From Gemmatimonadales bacterium (GTDB lineage Bacteria > Gemmatimonadota > Gemmatimonadetes > Gemmatimonadales > GWC2-71-9), in contig JBBCJC010000001.1 of assembly GCA_037189525.1 (NCBI GenBank), forward strand, positions 832,001 to 896,000: a stretch of DNA of 64,000 bases, given 5' to 3'. Below, piece by piece: positions 57,578-64,000 of this stretch. The notes under the pieces were generated by a model. That model saw only the letters and a program-made list of their open reading frames with translations. It did no database searches and was not told the origin of the DNA. A program made the translations under genes and the position numbers. Position 1 is the stretch's first letter, and every line of letters starts with the position of its first letter.

Positions 57578-59235
57578 TCGGGCGAATTGCCGCGCTGACC
57601 GCCGTCATGCTGATCCTGCTCGCCAAGCATGGCGCCGGGCAGGCGCTGCGCGTTCGGGTACTCGAGGAAGGTACCGATCGCACGATTCCCGGCGCGCTGG
57701 TCACGCTCACGACCGACAAGGGCCAGGCCCTCACCCGCGCGCTCGCCGATGATCGCGGCCGGTTGAGCTTCGATCTGTCGAGACCGGGAGAGTACGGGCT
57801 GATCGTCGCGCGCATCGGTCACAAGAGCCTCACGATCGAACGGATTAAAATCGAGGCCGGCGCCGTGGTCGACATCGACGCCCGAATGCCCGAAGCACCG
57901 ATTCTGTTGCCCGACCTGGTCGTGGAGGCCGAGTCCTCGAAGCAATGCGGGCTCGACGGACAAAATCGCGCAGCGAGCGGTGCGCTGTGGAGTGAGATCA
58001 GCAAGGCGCTCTGGACCTTCGAACTGGCGGACGCCCGACCGGCCAATCTCGAGTCTTCGACGTACCAGAAGCGGCTCAATCGCGCCGGCGAAGTGGTCGA
58101 TGCCACCGCTACGGAGTGGCGGCCTGCCGACCGGCGCCCCTTCACCTCGCCGCCGCCTGAACGCTTGCTGCGCGACGGGTTCATCACCAGCAGGGGCACC
58201 GGCCGAGAGTACCATGGACCGGATGCCGCCCTGCTTCTCTCCGAGGCATTTGCCCGGCGCTACTGTTTCAGCGTCCGCCCGTCACCCGACTCCGTTCTGG
58301 TGGGGTTGGCGTTTCGTCCGGCGGGACGGCCGGAACAGGTCGGGGTCGAAGGAACACTCTGGGTCGAGCGCCGAAGCGCCGCGCTGCGCAGCCTGGATTT
58401 CGGATACACCAATGTCGCCGGCCTGCCGCGGCGGGACATGATCGGCGGACAGCTGATCTTTTCGCAGCTGGGAGGCGAGTGGATCATCAGTTCCTGGCGC
58501 ATGACCGTGCCGTTTCTCGTCTCGGTGGCCGGGAGGGATTATCGAACCGGACAACGGATCAGTCGCGACAGTCTGACCGGTTTCGTCGAACGCGGCGGCG
58601 AGGCCCGGCTTGCCGGCAGCACGACGACTCGCGGTCTGACGATCGAGGGCGTCGTCTGGGATTCGGTTACCGGCCTCCCGCTTCGCGGCGCCACGATCAG
58701 CGTGGCCAACGGAAGCTTTCGGGCGGAGAGCAATCAGGACGGGCAGTTCCAGCTTTTCGTCTCGGCGCCAGGTGCGTACGCCATGGCGATCGAGCATCCG
58801 GCCCTGCGGACCTATGGTCTCGGATCCATCACGGTTTCGGCGCGTGCGGAGCGGCACGAGGCCACCTGGGTCAACGCCGGCACGCCCACCGGCGAGCGAT
58901 TGGCCGGCGAGCGCTGTCTCGCTCAGGGCCCGGACGCCCTGCCCCAACTCCTCCTGGTCGATCTGGGCTCGCGATGGACGGAAACCGTCGAGGTCTCCTG
59001 GCCAGGAACGATGGTCGGCGGCATGGCGCGCCGATTTGCCGTCGCGGAAGACGGCGTCTGGATCGTCGCGGACGTCGACGGCAACGGCGTCGCATCGTTC
59101 TGCGGGCTGCCGGCCACGGCGTCGCTGACCCTTCGAGCCGGACCGTCGGGTCAAACCCGCCCGACGGCGACGGTGACACCCCGCGCCGATCGCGTCACCA
59201 TCCACTCCTTCCCGCCCCCTGCCACCGAGAACTGA
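57574..59235 (+). CDS. Secreted protein with two CarboxypepD_reg-like domains
   Basis: RVLEEGT..IPGALV..RIGH; IEGVVWDSVTG.PL.GATI; ATGA overlap with the previous gene. Confidence 0.75.
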   Translation: MIGRIAALTAVMLILLAKHGAGQALRVRVLEEGTDRTIPGALVTLTTDKGQALTRALADDRGRLSFDLSRPGEYGLIVARIGHKSLTIERIKIEAGAVVDIDARMPEAPILLPDLVVEAESSKQCGLDGQNRAASGALWSEISKALWTFELADARPANLESSTYQKRLNRAGEVVDATATEWRPADRRPFTSPPPERLLRDGFITSRGTGREYHGPDAALLLSEAFARRYCFSVRPSPDSVLVGLAFRPAGRPEQVGVEGTLWVERRSAALRSLDFGYTNVAGLPRRDMIGGQLIFSQLGGEWIISSWRMTVPFLVSVAGRDYRTGQRISRDSLTGFVERGGEARLAGSTTTRGLTIEGVVWDSVTGLPLRGATISVANGSFRAESNQDGQFQLFVSAPGAYAMAIEHPALRTYGLGSITVSARAERHEATWVNAGTPTGERLAGERCLAQGPDALPQLLLVDLGSRWTETVEVSWPGTMVGGMARRFAVAEDGVWIVADVDGNGVASFCGLPATASLTLRAGPSGQTRPTATVTPRADRVTIHSFPPPATEN

Positions 59236-59301
59236 GACTCCGATCGACTTTTCCGGCAAAACCGGCGATCATATCGGGGTTCCCCACATACGCAGAGCCC
59301 C

Positions 59302-62300
59302 ATGATCCGAGAGACCGCCCGACGCCATTTTGCCGGCGTCATCCTCGTCGCCATCCTGTCCCCGTTGGCCGGCGCCGTCCAATCCGTCTCGGCCCAGCAG
59401 CCGGCCTGGAGCGTCGAAACACCGACCGGGCCCGAGCGGCCGATTACGTTCGAGGCAACGCAGGGCACCTGGATGAGCCTCGCGATCTCGCCGGATGGCC
59501 GCTATCTCGCCTTCGACCTGCTCGGCCATATCTACGAGATGCCGATCGACGGTGGCGCCGCCCGCCAGCTGACCGGCGGTCGCTCCTGGAACCTGATGCC
59601 GCGCTACAGTCCGGACGGACAGATCATCGCGTTCTCGTCCGATCGGACGGGCAGTCACGGGATCTGGCTGATGGATCGGCAGGGCGGCAACCTGCGCAGC
59701 TTGTACACCCCGGGCGACAATACCTACCGCGCCGTCTGGGCGCCCGATGGCCAGAGCCTGCTGACTGCCAACAGCAGCGGCCTCGCGACGATCGACCTGC
59801 GCGGCAACCGGACCTCGCTGATTCGCGGCCCCGGCACCATCAATGCCGGCGCTTTCGAGCCGGACGGGGCAGGCATCCTGTTCGAACGACTTGCCCGTCC
59901 CGTGTACCCCTTCGGGTTCAACCCGTATTTCACCCCCGCCGGCGGCAGTACGATCGAACAGCTCGACCTCCCGTCCGGGCAGACCGCGACGCTGATCCAG
60001 CGCCCCGGCGGCGCCTTCGCACCGACCCTCTCACCCGACGGTACGCTGCTCGCATATCTCAACCGTCACATCGATACGACCCGCATCATTCTCAGGAATC
60101 TGTTCACCCATCGGGAACGCGTGCTGCCCGGTGCGGTCGACCCCGATCGCCAATCGAGCCGGAGCGGATACGGACCGTATCCTGCCATGGCCTGGCATCC
60201 CGACGGGCGGCGTCTCTTCCTCAATACCGGCGGCCAGATCGTCTCCGTCGACGTGACGACCGGTACGCGAACGACGATCCCCTTCCGTGCCACGATCGAT
60301 CGGCAGGCATCGAGCACGATCCGCTTTGCGAGCAAGGAGCCGGACCGCACCGCCAAGACTCGCACTCATCGCTGGGGAACCCGCACGCCGCAGGGTATCC
60401 TCTTCGAAGCTTTGGGCGACCTGTGGCTGCAGGATGCCAAGGGGGTCGCACGTAACCTGACCAGTTCGCCCGCGCACGAGACGAGTCCTACCGTCGACCC
60501 GCGTACCGGCGCTCTCTACTACGCCTCATGGTCGGATGACAGTCTCGGCGCCGTCTATCGGATCGCCAAATCGGGCGCACGGCCGGAACGTCTCACCACG
60601 ATTCCTGCGCAGTACGGCAGCATCGCGATTGCTCCGCAGGGCGATGCGATCGCGTTTGTCCGCGGCGCCGACGGGATCGAACATGGCACGCTCCTTTCCA
60701 ACGAAGGCGAATTCGACCTCGTGCTCAGGCGGGAGTCCGGAACCGAACAACGCGTGGCCGGCATCTCCACCCAGCCGCTCGTCTATGCCGACATTGCCGG
60801 GAAGATCCCGCCCAGCGTGAGTTTTACCGCCGACGGGCAGCGACTCATCTTCACCGAGTTCGAGCGTGACACGCTGGTGCTCAAACAGATCGGAATCGAT
60901 GGCGAGAACGAATCCGTCCTGGCCAAATTTCCGAACGGTGTCGCAGCCGTGCCCTCACCCGATCTGAGCCAGATCGCGCTCCGGGAGTATCAGCGCAGCT
61001 TCATCACGCCCTTCCCGACCGGCGGCGAACCCGTGGTCGTGTCGCCCTACGAAGGGATCGGCACTTCGGCGCGCGTCGATGCCGAAGATGGCGGCTACCT
61101 CACCTGGTCCGGCGACGGACGCACGCTGGCCTGGACCCGCGGCACCGGCTTCTATGAAAAATCGGTGAGTCGAATCCTGGCCGATCAGGCCAATCCACCC
61201 GCCACGTCAACTACCGCCGAAGCGTGGAATGGCGCGCGCGTCCCGGGATCGACGGCACAACGCACGGAGACCGCACTCGAATTGACCGTTGCGGCTCCCA
61301 CCGGCGTTACGGCTCTGACCGGCGCGCGCGTCGTCACCATGAACGGGATGCGTCAGGTCATCGAGAACGCGACCATCCTGATCAACGGAAACCGAATCAC
61401 CGCTGTCGGCGCGGGACTCACGATTCCGTCCAACGCCAAAGTCCACGACCTGGCCGGCGCCACCATCATCCCGGGCCTGATCGACGCTCACGCCCACCCG
61501 CACATCGAACACTCGGCGCTGCACGTCATCGAGCAGCAACCGACCTACCTGTCGGGTCCGCTGGCGTACGGCGTGACGACGATGGTGGAGGTTTATGGGA
61601 ACGAGTACCGTGACGGCTGGCTCAGCGACATGCTGCGCACCGGACAGATCACGGGGCCGCGCCTCTTTACCACGGGGTCCATCATTTTCGGCCAACGTCG
61701 ATCATTCCGCGCGCGGATGTTCCGGCCCATCGAGACGCTGCACGATGCGCTGGAGCAGACCCGCTGGAACAAGGACCACGGCGCCATCGCGGTGAAGGAC
61801 TATGCGCAGGACACCCGGAAGCGGCGCCAGCTGACGATCACGGCGGCACGGATGATCGGGCTCAACGTCGTCTCCGAGTCGAATGCGGAGCCGCAGATGA
61901 ACCTGACCCAGATTCTCGACGGTGTCACCGGCATCGAGCACTCGATGGGGCTCGCTCCGTTCTACGACGATATCACGAAGTACTGGGGAGCCACCGCAGC
62001 CGGCAACACGCCGACGCTGCTGGTCGTCTATAACGGGCCCATGGGCGAGGGCTGGTACCATCAGGCTACCAAGCTGTGGGAAGATCCCAAGCTGACCCGC
62101 TTTCTCACGCCCGAGCACCTGATGCGGCTCCGCAATACGACCCACCTGCGAAGCGACGACATGTTCGCCTGGCGTATGGGCGCGGCGGTCAAGCAGCTGT
62201 TCGACAACGGCACCTCTGTACAGCTTGGTGCGCATGGACAGCTCTACGGCATCGACACGCATTTTGAGTTGGACCTGCTGGTGCGGAGCGGCTTCACGCC

Positions 62301-62553
62301 CGCCCAGGCTTTGGAAGTCGGCACCATCCGCGGCGCCTGGTACCACGGTCTCGACCGGGATCTGGGGTCGCTCGAAGCCGGCAAACTGGCGGATCTCGTC
62401 ATTCTCGACGCCAACCCGCTGGCCGACATCGCCAATGCGCAGAAGATCCGCTTCGTCATGAAGAACGGCGTGCTATACGACGGCACCAATGCGGCACGGA
62501 TCTGGCCCGATGCCAAGCCGGCCGCCGTCCCGTACTTCGCTCCGCGGCCCTAG
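59302..62553 (+). CDS. Secreted TolB-like propeller + amidohydrolase protein (third, more divergent paralog)
   Basis: GTWMSLAISPDG..FDLLG; PGLIDAHAH; GAHGQ; GSLEAGKLADL. Confidence 0.9.
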   Translation: MIRETARRHFAGVILVAILSPLAGAVQSVSAQQPAWSVETPTGPERPITFEATQGTWMSLAISPDGRYLAFDLLGHIYEMPIDGGAARQLTGGRSWNLMPRYSPDGQIIAFSSDRTGSHGIWLMDRQGGNLRSLYTPGDNTYRAVWAPDGQSLLTANSSGLATIDLRGNRTSLIRGPGTINAGAFEPDGAGILFERLARPVYPFGFNPYFTPAGGSTIEQLDLPSGQTATLIQRPGGAFAPTLSPDGTLLAYLNRHIDTTRIILRNLFTHRERVLPGAVDPDRQSSRSGYGPYPAMAWHPDGRRLFLNTGGQIVSVDVTTGTRTTIPFRATIDRQASSTIRFASKEPDRTAKTRTHRWGTRTPQGILFEALGDLWLQDAKGVARNLTSSPAHETSPTVDPRTGALYYASWSDDSLGAVYRIAKSGARPERLTTIPAQYGSIAIAPQGDAIAFVRGADGIEHGTLLSNEGEFDLVLRRESGTEQRVAGISTQPLVYADIAGKIPPSVSFTADGQRLIFTEFERDTLVLKQIGIDGENESVLAKFPNGVAAVPSPDLSQIALREYQRSFITPFPTGGEPVVVSPYEGIGTSARVDAEDGGYLTWSGDGRTLAWTRGTGFYEKSVSRILADQANPPATSTTAEAWNGARVPGSTAQRTETALELTVAAPTGVTALTGARVVTMNGMRQVIENATILINGNRITAVGAGLTIPSNAKVHDLAGATIIPGLIDAHAHPHIEHSALHVIEQQPTYLSGPLAYGVTTMVEVYGNEYRDGWLSDMLRTGQITGPRLFTTGSIIFGQRRSFRARMFRPIETLHDALEQTRWNKDHGAIAVKDYAQDTRKRRQLTITAARMIGLNVVSESNAEPQMNLTQILDGVTGIEHSMGLAPFYDDITKYWGATAAGNTPTLLVVYNGPMGEGWYHQATKLWEDPKLTRFLTPEHLMRLRNTTHLRSDDMFAWRMGAAVKQLFDNGTSVQLGAHGQLYGIDTHFELDLLVRSGFTPAQALEVGTIRGAWYHGLDRDLGSLEAGKLADLVILDANPLADIANAQKIRFVMKNGVLYDGTNAARIWPDAKPAAVPYFAPRP

Positions 62554-62572
62554 CAGATATCAAGGGGACGGC

Positions 62573-62597
62573 CTCGACTCGCGTGTCACGAGTCGAG
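62573..62597 (+). terminator. Hairpin after the amidohydrolase gene
   Basis: CTCGACTCG-N7-CGAGTCGAG. Confidence 0.4.
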
Positions 62598-62628
62598 AGT
62601 CCGTCACCCAGCCACCAAAGGGGCGCCC

Positions 62629-63213
62629 GTGATCGGCATCGCGTTGCTCACCCTGGTTCAGCTTGCCCTGCCGCAGGAGAGCGATTCGCTCCCCCGCCGG
62701 ATGGATGGCACGATCGACTGGTCCCGCGTGGTGGTCGTGGCGCCAGCGGAGGATCCAGACCAGCAGCCCCGGGCCCGGACGGTCCGTTACAGCGACGGTT
62801 ACTATCGCCGGCTCAAGGTTCACCGGACGCTGAGCTACGCGATGCTGCCGCTGTTTGCCGGACAGTTCATCACCGGTAACCATCTGATCAACAACCCCGA
62901 CACGCCAGCCGACGACTGGCGCCGCAAACTCCACAAACCGCTCGCCATCGGCACCGGCGTGGTGTTTACGGCCAACACGATCACCGGCGTCTGGAACCTG
63001 ATCGAAAGCAACAAGAACCCGGACGGGCGCACCAAGCGCTGGGTCCACGGTCTGATGATGCTGGCTGCCGACGCGGGGTTTGCCTACACCGGCATGGTCC
63101 TGGCCGACAAAGCCAAGCGCGATCCGACCATGCGGAACGACCATCGCAACCTGGCGCTGGCCTCGATGAGCATGGCCGTCAGTAGCTGGGCATTGATGGC
63201 TATTCTGGACTGA
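62629..63213 (+). CDS. Hypothetical membrane protein with a His at the start of each TM segment
   Basis: Signal-like N-terminus; four hydrophobic helices preceded by VHR, LHK, VHG, DHR. Confidence 0.7.
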   Translation: MIGIALLTLVQLALPQESDSLPRRMDGTIDWSRVVVVAPAEDPDQQPRARTVRYSDGYYRRLKVHRTLSYAMLPLFAGQFITGNHLINNPDTPADDWRRKLHKPLAIGTGVVFTANTITGVWNLIESNKNPDGRTKRWVHGLMMLAADAGFAYTGMVLADKAKRDPTMRNDHRNLALASMSMAVSSWALMAILD

Positions 63214-63226
63214 AGCGCGCTCGCCG

Positions 63227-63523
63227 TCACGCAACCACGTCCTTGAGCGACGGATCGCGTTTGAACTGCGCCAGCGCAAAGGGACAGGTCGCCATGAACT
63301 TGGTCCCGTTCTCCCGAGCCCAGGCCACCGCCGCGTGGAGCAGGCGCCGCCCGATGCCTTGGCCGGACAGCGACGGATCGACCTCGGTGTGGTCGATGAT
63401 GACCAGGTGGTCGTTGACTCGGCTGTAGGTCATCTCGCCCAGCCGTCGTCCGTCGACCTTATATACGAATCCGCCCCGAGGGCCGTTTTCTTCGTGTTCG
63501 ATGGTGCCGGTCGGTTCCGTCAT
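63227..63523 (-). CDS. Small GNAT N-acetyltransferase (YjdJ-like)
   Basis: IDHTEVDPSLSGQGIG..L; ATCPF. Confidence 0.88.
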   Translation of the reverse strand: MTEPTGTIEHEENGPRGGFVYKVDGRRLGEMTYSRVNDHLVIIDHTEVDPSLSGQGIGRRLLHAAVAWARENGTKFMATCPFALAQFKRDPSLKDVVA

Positions 63524-63625
63524 TCCCTGATCCTCATCGTGTTGGTCCCGTAAAGACCGCCTTCGGCGGTCCGGGTAAGGTACATCCTGGGGTGCAGTAC
63601 GGTATTCCTGGTTATCGATTCCCCC

Positions 63626-63653
63626 TTGCGCCTTCGCTTAACAGCGTTAAGTT
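63626..63653 (+). promoter_or_regulatory. Promoter with palindromic operator ahead of a TetR gene
   Basis: TTGCGC-N16-TAAGTT; palindrome CTTAAC-AGC-GTTAAG at 63637-63651. Confidence 0.65.
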
Positions 63654-63660
63654 GATCTAC

Positions 63661-64000
63661 ATGAACGCCCGTCACGCTGCCTCGTTCCCCGATGACACCC
63701 GAGCCCGGATTCTCGATGCGGCCCGGGAACTCTTTGTCAATCAAGGAGTTGAGGCCACGACGATGCGCGCCATTGCGGGCCGGCTCGGGGTCAGCGCTCC
63801 CGCGATCTATCACCATTTTGCCGACAAGAAGGCCCTGATCCAGGCGCTGGTGGTCACGGACCTCCATCGACTGGCTGCCGCCTTTGCCAGGGCGCAGCGG
63901 GTCCGGGACCCGATCGAGCGGCTCCGGGAGCTGGGCCTGGCGTACGTCCAGTTCGGCCTCGAAAACCCGCAGCTCTACCGCCTCCTCTTCATGACGCCCG
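63661..64000 (+). CDS. TetR-family regulator (truncated by the window end)
   Basis: Hand translation: MNARHAASFPDDTRARILDAARELFVNQGVEATTMRAIAGRLGVSAPAIYHHFADK. Confidence 0.9.
   Translation, partial: MNARHAASFPDDTRARILDAARELFVNQGVEATTMRAIAGRLGVSAPAIYHHFADKKALIQALVVTDLHRLAAAFARAQRVRDPIERLRELGLAYVQFGLENPQLYRLLFMTP

Noticed and set aside
63554..63571. GACCGCC-TTC-GGCGGTC hairpin upstream of the GNAT gene as an sRNA or attenuator
   Set aside because: A single short hairpin with no other supporting structure or leader ORF.

Overview
High-GC bacterial chromosomal window. The gene content (CarboxypepD_reg/plug proteins, Big_2+RCC1 lipoprotein, 6-bladed propeller lipoproteins, TolB-amidohydrolases) suggests Gemmatimonadota, which is an inference. 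I found about 50 CDS and no rRNA, tRNA, CRISPR array or transposase. Highlights: (1) A ~12.4 kb block (39.5-51.9 kb) of two convergent units, each led by a cobalamin riboswitch. One heads metE plus a CWC-family gene; the other heads prpC-prpD-prpB-mmsA-acyl-CoA dehydrogenase-enoyl-CoA hydratase-HIBCH-mmsB. It looks like a B12-repressed 'B12-independence' module for methionine and propionyl/isobutyryl-CoA metabolism. (2) A STAND-TPR-BTAD regulator flanked by two promoters with an identical GGTAA(G/T)-N5-GGTAAG-N10-TAGnnT layout. (3) Three CGACA-N13-TGTCG boxes upstream of a Fic-HTH gene. (4) A tandem beta-propeller lipoprotein array, containing a thiopurine methyltransferase gene with an in-frame stop, upstream of a TolC/MFP/two-RND system whose second RND lacks the proton-relay residues. 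All calls come from motif reading only; no database search was run.
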